Assembly: GCA_951406725.2 (NCBI GenBank)
Contig: OX597838.1
Span: forward strand, 2,604,001-2,668,000
From: Octopus vulgaris
Taxonomy: Eukaryota
Length of the DNA: 64,000 nucleotides
Direction: 5' to 3'
The stretch's first letter is position 1. Every line of letters starts with the position of its first letter. Below are positions 1 to 13,400 of this stretch, in pieces. A program made the position numbers and the translations under genes. The notes under the pieces were generated by a model, which searched no databases, was not told the DNA's origin, and saw only the letters and a list, made by a program, of their open reading frames with translations.

Positions 1-101
1 CAAGCACGCACATGGTAATGTGTGTCACTGAACATTTTGTATGATTGACGAGTCCTAGACGCCCACAAAATTTTTACGTCACGAAGACCTAAATCAAAAG
101 T

Positions 102-149
<48 letters not shown>

Positions 150-870
150 TGGGTGTGTTTGTGGGTGGGTGTATACAGAGTTAGAGTTCAGGTAAAAATT
201 TCGTCTAATGCCGTAATATAAGAGGTGTATACATTTGTTACTCAACTTTTCTTACCACCAATTTGTATTGTATTTTCCTATGATGAATGGCTATAAGTGA
301 TTTATCACTGAGCGGGTACATATATAGTATGAAGAAAGAATACTCGGGCAAAAAGTTGGCATCAGCTTAGACAATGGAATTTACATGATTAAACATGATG
401 TCAGCATTATTACAATAGATTTTCTAGAATACAGTGTATCGTCAGAAATAAGGGAGTAATGAAATGTACACTCTCTTACAGCTGTTTTAAGAATAGTTGC
501 TTATGTGGTACATGTCTCAGCGAACCAAAATAAGCTACCTATATACTAGTGGACTGTACCGTCTTCTTCGCGATAAAATGTGAAGTAGATATTTAGTAGG
601 TGAATTTAGTAGTTAACAACTCCATCAGCAAAGAGAGAATGAGATGCACCGTGTTTGCATCTGTTATGGAAACAGCTGTAAGGAACTATTTGCACATCTC
701 CCGACTACTTTACTTCTTACCATGCACTCTATTCGAACCCTCTTCTGTAACAACTCAGCATTTATATTTATTTATACAAGTTTCATAATTCAAAATTATA
801 ATAGTTGTTTACTTGTTTATCCTTTCTACACTATACATACATACATATATATATATATACATACATACAT

Positions 871-920
<50 letters not shown>

Positions 921-1266
921 AAAATGGAGAATACATACACAGAATATTCAATATATTTATTATAATTGTCAATTCATGTTGCCTACGCACGTTTCGGTTT
1001 ATTACTTAAATCCACAATTAAATTGCATTATGACCTTGAGAAGGCAAGATCTTTCATCAGGGCAAAAATCGACTGTTATTAAGGTAAAAGAAAAAAACTT
1101 TTATTGTTTTCGCACATCCTAACGGATGAGAGTTCAGTTCCAATTGAATTGTAGCATGTGCGTCTTGGATGAATATCCCTAGTAAAGAACAACCTCTTTC
1201 CACACACACACACCACACACACACACATACAGACAGACAGACAGACAGACAAAGAGTCACACAGAC

Positions 1267-1300
<34 letters not shown>

Positions 1301-4013
1301 GTAGCAGATATATATATATATATATATTTTGTGTCTATATGTATTTATGTTTGTACAAACACACATTTCAAATTGAGCCTTTATTTCAGATTACATTTAA
1401 TTGTCAAGTCTAAGGAGTTGTTGTTGTTGTTGTTACTGTTGTAATGATGGTGGAGGCGGTGGTGGAGGTGGTGGTGGCGGTGGTAGTGGTTTAGCATACA
1501 TCTAATAAATGTTGCACATTTCACCATCTTGACTTTATAATAGACGCAGAACATCCGCAACCGCGACGACCACGACGATCACGCCGACAATGACGTTGAT
1601 GATAGCGGTGACGGTGGTGTTGATGATGGTGTTGATGGTGGTAGTGGTGGTGGTGGTGGTGATGATGATTATGAGGGGGGGAGGAGGAGGAGGAGGAGAA
1701 GGAAATTGAGCGGTGGTGGTGGTGGCGAAAGAGGTGGAAATATTGGTGAAACGAAAACGAGATAACAAAATAAGAGAATAGTAGATAAATAGGGGAGAAG
1801 GTGGAGGAGTGTGTGTAAAGAAGCGTAGGACTACAACAACATCAACAACAATATTTAAGCGAACAACATTGGCAACAACAACAAGAACAAAGACAACGAA
1901 TACAAGAACAAAACAACAACAACAACAACAACAACGACAGCAATAACAACATTTATGGCGACACGAAAGCAACAGCCATAACAACACACCACAAAACAAA
2001 AGAACAATAACATAAACAGGCAGGAAAAAAACAAAACAAAACAAAACACAACAAACAAACAAAACAAAGGAATACAAGAAAAACCAATCAACAAAAACAA
2101 ACAGCAATAAACAAAACAATGGTGGACATTGTGGATAAAAATGAAGAAATATTTGAGATTGTATCCGACACCCCCCCACCCATCAACCCCTAACCACCAC
2201 CCCTCACACACCTCCCCCACCTTTCTCATTTTCTCTCTTTATCTATCACTCCCCCCTTCTATGTCTATGTATATCTCTCTCCCTCTGTCGCCCTCCCTCT
2301 CTCTCTCTCTTTCTCTCTCCTTCTGTCCTCATCTCTCCCACCTGTCTTTTCGTATTACTCTTCGTCGGCCGCCATTTTTTTCTTTCTTCTCCCCTCCCCC
2401 CTCTAGTCTCCATCTACCACCACCACCACCACCACGTCCCCCCCCCACATACCGGTATATTGTTTACGTAGACTGACTGATGTCCAAGCTTTACTTTATC
2501 AAACTGTTGTTTTAATATTCAGCCAAACTGAATATTGAAAACAAAGTCTTGACAAAAGAAAAACAAAAAAACAAAACAAAAAGATGGTAAGGTGGTTGAA
2601 CTGTTAGAGATTTATGTTCGACGTGTGTGTGTGCGAGAGAGAGAGCGAGTAAGAGAGTAAGAGAGAGAAGGGAATAGAAAGAGAGGGAGTATTTGTGTGC
2701 GGCTATGTGTGTGTGTGGCTGTGTTTGTGACTGTGTGTGTGTGAGTAAGAGAGAGAAGGCAAGAGAGAGATGGAGTAGTTGTGTTCGACGTGTGTGTGTG
2801 TGTGAGTGACTGTGTGTATGTGTCTGCGTGAATAGAATTATATAACAGCCCATCTTGAGTTCAACTTTCACCGCAGTCTTCCTTGCCACCTTTCCCTCCT
2901 CTTTCTGTCTAGATTCTGAACATCCTTCGTTATATGCATCTGTCCGACATCGATAGAGTATATACCAGTTAAATCCTGGGGGAAGGACATTGAATATTTT
3001 CGTGTGAATCTCCCCGTGATTAAAGGATTGAGCGATTCCAAAACGAACAAGAATGTCAGCCGATTCCATCAGTTTCACTTCAGTTTGGTTCCACACTCAC
3101 TTCCATCTTGCCTCTCATGTTATAATATATATCAAAGTTCTCTCATGGAAACTGACGCTAAAATATTTTCAGTTTAACTGTTATACAAAATCATTTATTT
3201 TGTGAAAAAATATTTTGCTCTTTTCATTTCCATACACATAAAATACAGAGAACAGAAAAAGTCTCCCCTTGAGATAAATAATTAAGCTTGTTATAATTAC
3301 ATAAAAAAGCATATGAGCATTTTTTTTAAATGTATGCATTTCCAACCATTGTCACTATTTTTCTTCATAGATATATATGTACATATATATATGTGCATAC
3401 AAATGCATAGACTAATATACACACACATACATATATATGCATGTGTGTGTGTGTGTGTGTGTACATGCATATACGCATGGTTATTTGTTACGTTTCACAG
3501 TAGCCTGACCTATGAAATTGCGGTCTACACGAACTGTGTGTCAGACCAGTTTCATTCCCGAAACCTGAGGCAATCGAAGATGGTGTTGAAAGAAGAGCGG
3601 GGGAAAAACGTAATAAGGGGCCATGCAATGGGATCGGGAACGGAACTGATGAGCGTAGATGGAGAGACCTGATTCCACATGGAATGTATCCTGACTTATA
3701 TGCAAACATTGATACTGAGACCACATACATAAGCATACAAATATGCATATATATATATATATATATATATATACACTCACACATGCACGAACACAACCAG
3801 GCACATGTACTGGAACACACATAAGTACACGTACACAAATTCACACACACACACAGTTATGTGAGTATAAATAGATATTGACCTAGATATCAAGCTCTCT
3901 ATCTATCTATCTATATATATATGTTTATATATAGACACACATACATATATTTGAGTGTGTACGTACATAAATGTATATATATATGTATGTATGTATGTGT
4001 GTATGTATTTATG

Positions 4014-4047
<34 letters not shown>

Positions 4048-4245
4048 TGTATGTATGTATGTATATACACTTACATGATATACACAGCGGCACAGAGGTT
4101 GACACATACCTACACATAAACATGGATACATAAAAAGATAGACAGACAGACAAACAGACGCATAGATTCATTTATTTCACGCTGAGATTGCAATCAACTA
4201 CTACTCTAAATTTCTCGTTTTCCGTTTTCCTGAGAGCCTTGTGGT

Positions 4246-4523
4246 ATACATACATACATACGTACATCCATACGTACATACATACATACATACATACATA
4301 CGTACATCCATACGTACATACATACATACATACACACATACACACATACACACATACATACATACATACATACATACATACTTACATACATACATACATA
4401 CATACGTACATACATACATACATATGTACGTACGTACGTACGTACATACATACATACATATATACATACATACATACATACAGACATACATACATACATA
4501 CATACATACACACATACATACAC

Positions 4524-4556
<33 letters not shown>

Positions 4557-4688
4557 CATACATACATACATACGTACATACATACATACATACATACATA
4601 CATACGTACATACATACATACATACATATGTACGTACGTACATACATACATACATACATACATACATACATACATACATACATACATA
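4246..4688. repeat. (TACA)n tetranucleotide microsatellite, about 440 bp, with TACG variants
   Basis: Directly visible tandem TACA units; source of several spurious YIHT/MYVC ORFs. Confidence 0.97.
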
Positions 4689-5189
4689 AGTGTATGTATT
4701 TTATTACGTATGTACGCGTGGACGTGCGTGTGTATGGCTCTGTATGTGTGTGTGTGTGTGCTTGTGTGGGAAGGTATGCTCTTGTCTGTGTGTATATGCA
4801 TACCGCCGGGCCCCCGTTCCAACCCACAAAGCAGAAGATAATGGAACGATATCAGAAGATGACAGTATATAATCTTGTAATGTATATTAAATATTCCAGT
4901 CAGGGCTGTGTATGATATCGCTGCACACAGGAATATCAGTCGCTGCGCCATTGTGAAATATTCACACACCAATATACAACCTGGATATTGGTTTTGATGT
5001 GTATAGGCAAACACATGTGCGCGTACATACACACACACACACAAACACACACAAGCACACACACACATATATAAAAGTCAGCATACAACACGCCAACACA
5101 CACCTATACATCAAACATCAATGGTGTATATATATATATATGTGTGTGTGCGTGTGTGTGTGTTTGTACATATATGATGAAACTAATGC

Positions 5190-5233
<44 letters not shown>

Positions 5234-5729
5234 CATACATGCATACATATATATATACATATATATATAGATAGACACATAGATAGATATTATATATATG
5301 TATAATTATATACAGGTGTTTGTGTATGTTTAATGTATGTATCAGATATATATGATATATATATATATAATATATATATATAGCGTATATATTTTTATAT
5401 ATGTATATATATATATATATATATAAAATGTATGTATGTATATGTATGTATTATGTATGTGTATATAAAATGTACACAGTGCCCACCTCCACCCCTACAG
5501 ACACATTGTAGCTGTCAAATGCTGGAGGCCGACTTAGTACGAGCATATGCCATCCACTCGCTAATTGTTTTAGCTGTTGATGCATCACCATTTGACATGG
5601 ACACCTTCTCCGCCCTTCCACCCTTGATCCACTCAGTGGAATATCCGGGATGTATATATGCACATGAATGCATTTATGTGTGTGTGTCTGTGTGTGCTCA
5701 TAAGCATAAATACATATATGCACACACAT

Positions 5730-5811
<82 letters not shown>

Positions 5812-6074
5812 ATATACATGTATATAGAAATATAGAAATATACACATATATATATATACATGCAGTAACACAATGCAACAGTCATACACATTTACAACTG
5901 CATGATGCCAAACCGGATTACTTCTCATACCTAAAGTATTCGAAATAACATTCGCCATCTCCGTCGGGGAGATTAGAATATGGTAATCAGGATACTAAAT
6001 TTTTCTGGTCGGTTTTTGATTGGTCGGGTGTTTGATGACGTAATTATTGTTATTATCATTATGACCATTATTAC

Positions 6075-6141
6075 TAGTAGTAGTAGTAGTAGTATTAGTA
6101 GTAGTAGTAGTAGTAGTTGTTGTAGTAGTAGTAGTAGTAGC

Positions 6142-6198
<57 letters not shown>
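6075..6198. repeat. (TAG)n trinucleotide microsatellite
   Basis: Directly visible. Confidence 0.97.
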
Positions 6199-6845
6199 CT
6201 CGATGTCTCATCCTTTTTTTCCGCAATGTGTTCCTCTTCCATCATTGTTGTCTTACGGACGAGTGCTGACGAATGACGTCAACTGCACGAAACCTCGAGG
6301 ATCGACGTTCTATTTCGCGCTTTTGGGTCGACTTATTTGTAACTCATCGACATTGCGTAGAGTGTAGTTTGCCACAAATATGAAAATACACTATACTACT
6401 ACTGCAACATGTACAACTACTACTACTGCTGATTATACTAATACTACTACTAGAACTGCTACTGCTGCTACTATTACTACTACTACAAATGCTACTAATA
6501 CTACTAATCCTACTCATACATACCCTTAGATATTTTTGCGTTACATGTGTGTGTTTGTGTGTGTGTGTGTGTGTGTATATATATCTTATATTCGTTGTTT
6601 ATTGTCTGTAATTTCAAACATGTGCGTTTTTATGTGTATGTATATATATGTGTGTGTGCGTGTGTACAATTCTATACGGATAGAAAAACACACACATTCG
6701 CAGAGAGGTATGCTTATATGGTCATATATCTTTAAATAGGCGTTTGTGTGCGTCAGCGTCTGTGTGCGCTTGTATACCCATTTGATACCCGAGTATAGGA
6801 ACGTGTATGCACATAGATATATACATATGTGTGTGTGTGTATAAT

Positions 6846-7120
6846 AGAGATATTGCATACAAATACGTGTGTGTGTGTGTTGTACTGAGATATGTGTATA
6901 TTTGCGTGTGTTTGTATATAAAACAGATATGTGCACACATATGTGTATGTATGTGTATATACGCATGTGTTTGTGTGTGTATGTGTATATGATAGAGATA
7001 TTGTGTACATATACGTTTGTGTGTTTTGTGTATGTATATCATAGAGACATATGTGTGTGTATTTGCGTGTGTTTGTATATAATACAGATATTATGTGCAC
7101 ACATGTGTGTATATATGTAA
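6846..7120. repeat. Diverged tandem duplication with a period of about 147 bp
   Basis: The blocks agagatattg and tatttgcgtgtgtttgtatataa(a/t)acagata...tgtgcacacat each occur twice, starting near 6846 and 6993. Confidence 0.7.
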
Positions 7121-7598
7121 TTGCTTGTGTATATGTATATATGTGTGTGTGTGCGTGTGTGTGCATGTGTGTGTGTATGTGTATGTGTGCGTGTGTGTGT
7201 GCATGTGTGTGTCAAGTATGAATCTAACATTTGATATTATGTAGGACATCATTTATGTCCCCATCACTTCTTATCGATCTTCGTTCCAACTAACTAATCA
7301 ATCAGTGAAGCATTCGTTAAGAAAATATGATGTTGGAACTTCCAGTCTCCGAACACTAATGTCGGAAAAGAACATTCGCGAATATCCCCAAAGAAGCTGT
7401 TTCAATAATGAAGTCACTAATAGACGAGTCGTGTCTTTGCAGTGTAACCGGAGATAGAGTTCGGTGGAGCGGAACGGGGGTTGAGCGGGGCTCGAACCGG
7501 AGACGCAAAAGCATTTATAAATGTGTGTGTGCGTGTATGTGTCTGTTTGTCTGTCTGCGTGACTATGTGTCTGTGTGCGTAGGGAAATATATATATAC

Positions 7599-7637
<39 letters not shown>

Positions 7638-8088
7638 TGTTCGTTGTGTGTGTGGAGTTGTGTATGTATATGGGGGTAATGTGTGCGGCACGCCTAAGGG
7701 CCATGTGATGGGAGTTGACTCCCTGTTTACGTCACATAAATGAACATCATAATCATTCTGTGTACCTCCATCGTAAAATATTCTGAAGCATGTTTTTATA
7801 TTCGTGAAAAAAAACCCACTTTTTTTATACATATATGTATAAACACACAAACGCACGCACACGGACACGGACACACACACACACACACTAGTTAAAATAA
7901 ATTGAGCAAAGATAAATAATTCTGAATGGCTTTATTTGGGAAGTGGGACAAATAATGTAGGGAATGGTAAACTAAATCAAGTACGAGATAAATTCTTTAA
8001 ATACCTTCGCCTAGAGAGAATGTTCGGGTATATACATTTATCGTGATGCTTGTACACTTGGGGGTAAATAGTACCAAAACGGGATTTT

Positions 8089-8249
8089 CTATCGGAGAAT
8101 AAACTTCTGCCTATAGACTTCACGAGTAACAGAACAGGGAGTTCCAGAAAAAGTCAGTGGACTATCAGACGCCACGTTTCTGTGTGATTTTGTCTCCTCA
8201 ATGATAGGTTCCTTCTTGACCAACCCGTGCTCAACAGAAGCTTGTGAAG
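8089..8249 (-). CDS. Weak candidate terminal coding exon (SQASVEHGLVKKEPIIEETKSHRNVASDSPLTFSGTPCSVTREVYRQKFILR*)
   Basis: Minus-strand acceptor-like tattatctacatag|CT at 8250/8249, an open frame to TAG at 8089-8091, non-repetitive composition and a VKKE SUMO-type motif. No homologue recognised and no partner exons found. Confidence 0.2.
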
Positions 8250-9335
8250 CTATGTAGATAATACACAATTTAAACACAGCCAGCTCATCACATGATGAAC
8301 ATGCGCATTTGTGTATATATGTATGCATACGCCCGGACAAACACACACAGACAAACACGCACGCACACACACAAACAGGCACACGTATAAAGGCAGAAAT
8401 ATATATATGTGTGTGTGCGCGCGTGTGTGTATGTATAAGTATGTGTATGGTGCGTACGCGTGAATATTCGTGTGTATGTATTTATGTATGTAGATATATG
8501 TGCATGTATGCGGCTGCGATGTCGATATGCATGTGCGCGTGTAATTGCGTCCATCGCGATAATTTGTTATATAGTTATAATTACTGCTGTTTTGGTTTTG
8601 TTCTTGTTGCTCTTGTTGTTGTTACTAGCGAAAATAAATGCGGAAAACAACCCACCTCTGCATTGCCGACAAGAAAACAACAACAACAACAACGACAGCG
8701 CTAACAACAACAACTTTAACAACCGCAGCAACAACAACAACAACAACAACAAGAACAAAAGCAGCAGCAGCAGCATTCGCAGCAACGCGATCTTTTGAAA
8801 ATGAATTGAAATATTAGCGTAGCTGCTACTCGCGAATTAGATGCCATCGTAGAACACAAGACTATCAGGATATCAGGAACTGTGGTAATAAATCACAGAA
8901 AAACTGAGGAATTGGTCAGAGAGAAAATGAAATACATCTTGTCTTTCTTTGAAAGCTAAAAGTGAGTGTGGGGGGTGTGGGTGAGGTGAGAAGGGGGGGG
9001 GGGGAAGAAGAATGGAGAAGGGGCCAGGGGCGATGGAAGAAAGGTGGGTAAAGGTAAAGGGCAGTGAGGTATGTATATGTATGCTTATGTGTGTATATGC
9101 GTGTGTACGAGTATGTATGTGTATGCTTAAATGTATACACTTGCAAGCATAGATATATATAGATATATATATAAGGAAATGCGGCATGGTACACATATAC
9201 ACAAACGCACATGCCTACACACACAATCACACATCTGTGAATGTGTATGTGTCAGTATGTGTCTGTACGTGTGCACACTTATATATATTTATACAGAGTG
9301 AATATATGCGTAAACATATATACATGAAAAACAGG

Positions 9336-9422
<87 letters not shown>

Positions 9423-9441
9423 ACATACATACATACATACA

Positions 9442-9476
<35 letters not shown>

Positions 9477-9650
9477 GTGAACATACGGCCTGCTCACGTA
9501 TATGTAATATATGTGCATATGTCATATATATATATATATATATATATGTATTCATATACATACGTATATATATATACACACACAAACACATTTATGTATG
9601 TGTTTGAGAGCGAAAGACAGACAGATAGACAGACAAGGAGAATATTTGCC

Positions 9651-9745
9651 TATCGACTTTGCCTATCATCCTTTCGGGGTCGATAGATTAAGTACAAGTT
9701 ACGCACTCCTCAAAATTTTGCACCTTGTGCCTAGAGTAGAAAAGA
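9651..9745 (+). mobile_element. SINE family B fragment (core plus 3' end)
   Basis: tcgactttgcctatcatcctttcggggtcgatagattaagtac matches the copies at 45871 and 24996. Confidence 0.8.
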
Positions 9746-10002
9746 ACATTGCTAGTGCAGAATGGCGGCACTTACTAAAGCGGCAGCTGGTAATTGGCTA
9801 TAGAGAAACATGCCTAAGCCTGCACGCTATAGGGTAACGTTTCGCATGCAAAGAAAGGGTCGACACCGAATGACGGGAGATACATACATACATACATACA
9901 TACATACATACATACATACATACATACATACATACATACATACATACACATGTATGTAGGTAACTGGGTAGGTCGGGAGGTAAGTAGGTAGGTATATCTT
10001 TT

Positions 10003-10209
10003 GTCTTTTACTTCGTTACTTCTCTCGGTGGCTTGACTGCGGCCACGCTGGGGCACCACCTCGAAGAATCGACATCAGTATTTATATTCTTTTAAGCCTA
10101 TTTTGTTGAACGGCAAAGTTACGGGGAAGTAAACACAATAACACCGGTTGTCAAGCGGTAGTGGGGAACACAGAGACACAGACACAAATACACCCACATA
10201 CACACACAC

Positions 10210-10268
<59 letters not shown>

Positions 10269-10434
10269 GGATGGGTTTCTTTCAGCTTCTATCTACCAAA
10301 TCCACTCACCAGGGTTTGGCCTGCCCGAGCTTACGGTAAAAGCCATCTTGCCATGTTGCCACGCACTGGTATTGAACCCGGGGCCATGTGGTTGGAAAGC
10401 AAACTTTTTTTACTACACAGCTATGCCTGCGTCT
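10003..10434 (-). mobile_element. SINE family A copy, diverged
   Basis: Collinear with the 15561-15963 copy (gactgcggcca, accggttgtcaagc, tctaccaaatccactcac, gaacccgg); has an internal (TA)n. Confidence 0.8.
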
Positions 10435-10497
10435 ATATCTGGCTATAGAAAGAACTGGTTCAATCTTAATAGATTTCTAAATAAAGGCAGAGGACCA

Positions 10498-10575
<78 letters not shown>

Positions 10576-10780
10576 ATATGATATATTTCATTAAATATGA
10601 TACATCGTTTCTTCAAGTTTGATTATCGATGAAAAGCAAACCATTCTTTGGATTTCAAGATACGATATATTATCTTTAACGGACTGTATAATTTTACATG
10701 CCATGTGCGTGTGTGTATGTATATAAGCACATTTACACACCTAAAAACGCACACACACGCATATATAGATATACACATGC

Positions 10781-10863
10781 ATATTTAGCTACATAATACA
10801 TACATACGCTTACATATATATATATGTATACATATATATATACATTTTTATACATACACTCAC

Positions 10864-10903
<40 letters not shown>

Positions 10904-10976
10904 GTGAGTGTATGTATAAAAATGTATATATATATGTATACATATATATATGCAAGCGTATGATGTATTATGTAGC

Positions 10977-10983
<7 letters not shown>
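10781..10983. repeat. Near-perfect fold-back inverted repeat with arms of about 85 bp around (TA)n
   Basis: 10781-10866 is the reverse complement of 10901-10983, with one substitution and two small indels. Confidence 0.92.
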
Positions 10984-11020
<37 letters not shown>

Positions 11021-11114
11021 CTATAGCACGTTACTTATATATTTAATACTGGTGTTCGTTAATCTGTTATGGAAATACACACACACGCATACACACACAC
11101 CTACACACACACAC

Positions 11115-11151
<37 letters not shown>

Positions 11152-11504
11152 GTTTATCGATTTTAAATACATCAATTCATCTTCACGCAAAAGTTTATCT
11201 CTGACATTCCGCCCCTCCCCTTCAACAATTAACCCCTCCCTAGGAATGATTAAGTTGCACTGCTCTGCATATACTCTTGACACCACTTCCGGTATCGTAA
11301 CTAACTAACTAACAACAACAACAACATTAATCAACTCCAACAACAACCACAATAACAATTTGCAGCCTCAACTACAACGTTGACAACAACCACACCGCCC
11401 GTAGGAACCACGACAACAACAAGAACAACAACGACAATCATCCATCAGCCACCAATGGACGTGTCGTTGACGGTAATAGGAATTTCATTTAAACTGTTGA
11501 TGAC

Positions 11505-11556
11505 GATAATAATGGTGATGATGATGATGATGGTGGTGATGGTGGTGGTGGTGGTG

Positions 11557-11613
<57 letters not shown>

Positions 11614-11771
11614 ATGATGGTGGTGGTGATGATAGTCATGATGGTGATAGTGGGGGCTTTGTTGTCACCAAATGTTCGTAGTGATATTCTTAATGATACG
11701 GAGGAGGAGGAGGAGGAGGAGGAGAACGAGGTGAAGGAATAGTTGGAGAAGAAGAAGAGAAAAAAGAATTG

Positions 11772-11844
<73 letters not shown>

Positions 11845-11880
11845 GGTGGTGGTGATGACGAAGATGATGGTGATGAAGAT
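11505..11880. repeat. Compound trinucleotide microsatellite (GAT/GGT/GCT/GAG)
   Basis: Directly visible. Confidence 0.9.
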
Positions 11881-13059
11881 GGCGTCAACGTCACGCATGT
11901 TTACCGTAAACCGTAAAAGACAACTGTGATGTATTGGAAATGTATTTTGCGAAATATTCCCAGCAATCGAATGGAAGAACGCCATAGATGAAAAACCTTC
12001 GCCTTCACAGACGACATTTCAAAAGACAACAACAACAAGAATAACAACAAGACGAACGATGATAAAAACAGGAAGTGCCATTATTATTCCATTCCCTCCC
12101 CGCGCTGCCCAGCACTCCACACTGAACGCTTTAAAAAAATATGGTTTTGCATATGAAAATAGACCTTGTGAAAATAGCATAAAGTATTTCAAAATATTTT
12201 TTTAAGTGAAAGAATAACAGGCGGAGAGATAAACAGCTTTTTTGCATTTGAAAATATTCTGACATTACACACGACGATTGCATCGCCATCGTTCAGAGAA
12301 TATTTTTACAAACAGGACACTTTCACTTTCAAATGCCTATTTAATATGCGATAAGTTGGCAACGCCGTCTACCGGTAGTAGGCTCATTACATTCCTATTA
12401 TTGTTCAGCGGGTATATAAACAGAGCGGGTATATACAGTGGAAAATATATAGAGTAAGACAACAAACTGGAAATGCAGATAGTTAAAGCAAATATGGTGA
12501 TGTAACTGTTTTGCGTTTGAATCTGTTAAATTTATGTAATTTCTTTTCTAAATCACTGGATCCGAGCTGGAGTTTTTCTGTTTATTTACTGTTTTTGTCT
12601 CAATGTTTAATGAAACTGTTTGAAGTTTTCTAAATGCCCTTAGCCATAAAACAGGTGAGTACAGTTTGATGGAGGGCCCTATCTGAATGCTCGTGCCTTT
12701 CATATAAACAGTAATCAACAAAGCTGCTGACGAACTTGTTACGAAAGCGTCAACACCAAACAACCTCTAGAAATACCATCTTTACTGCCATCGACATCAG
12801 CAGCGTTTCCGACATTTATGCAAAAAAATAATAATAATGATAATAGTAATAATCTGTCTCGTTGTCAATGAAGTGTAGATGAAATGCACTTGAAAAAATC
12901 GGAATTTCCAGAATAATGTACCAAAAGGTTTCGGCCTCTCATCCATTCTTTTCAGCTTATTTTTATAAGACCCTCCAACACCGGCCCAAATGATGTGTCA
13001 TCGTACTCAGATGACATCACACCTTTTTTGGTTTTTCTCCAGATACAGCTACATAACAG

Positions 13060-13400
13060 CAAAAACTCTAATTAAATCGCCTGCAGCCTGGTTCCATAAC
13101 AATAGACTTGAATCCACCAAACCCAAAGTCGTGTTTCTTAGAACCAACACCAGAAAATATCAAACACACAACCCACGAAACTAACAAAGCACCAAAATAC
13201 AAATACAAAGACTTACACAGAAATTCTCCACAATAGAGACTAGGAATTTAAGTAAGGCGACATAGAAATATATTTTGACCCATTAAACTTCAATCGTTCG
13301 ACAACAAAGCATAAGAAATCAGAAAGAATTCAGAACAATGCATTACGCATCACAAGACACATCCACTGACCTTCCATTACAACGAAGTAAAAATAGTGGA
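13060..13400 (+). pseudogene. Decayed non-LTR retrotransposon RT/thumb-region remnant
   Basis: Frameshifted pieces AAWFHNNRL(NPP/KPKVVFL) and ERIQNNALRIT resemble the W..N.L.LNP.K and L.RIQN.ALR.I motifs found downstream of LINE RT domains. Confidence 0.5.

Noticed and set aside
2850-3100. Minus-strand ORF segment ADILVRFGIAQ...LPPGFNWYILYRCRTD
   Set aside because: Only vague resemblance to a LINE APE endonuclease N-terminus; no splice context or start, so it cannot be assigned.
3500-3672. Plus-strand exon-like frame, a 15-bp inverted repeat (3547-3561/3634-3648) and ctgatga plus gaaac words
   Set aside because: No recognisable protein; the hammerhead words are not in register with any stems; the short inverted repeat could be chance.
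6262-6320. ctgacga...gaaac...gtt hammerhead-like words
   Set aside because: Stem II does not close, and stems I and III are mismatched.
12300-12975. Possible decayed Tc1/mariner-type non-autonomous element
   Set aside because: No TIR pair or transposase motif could be demonstrated from this window.
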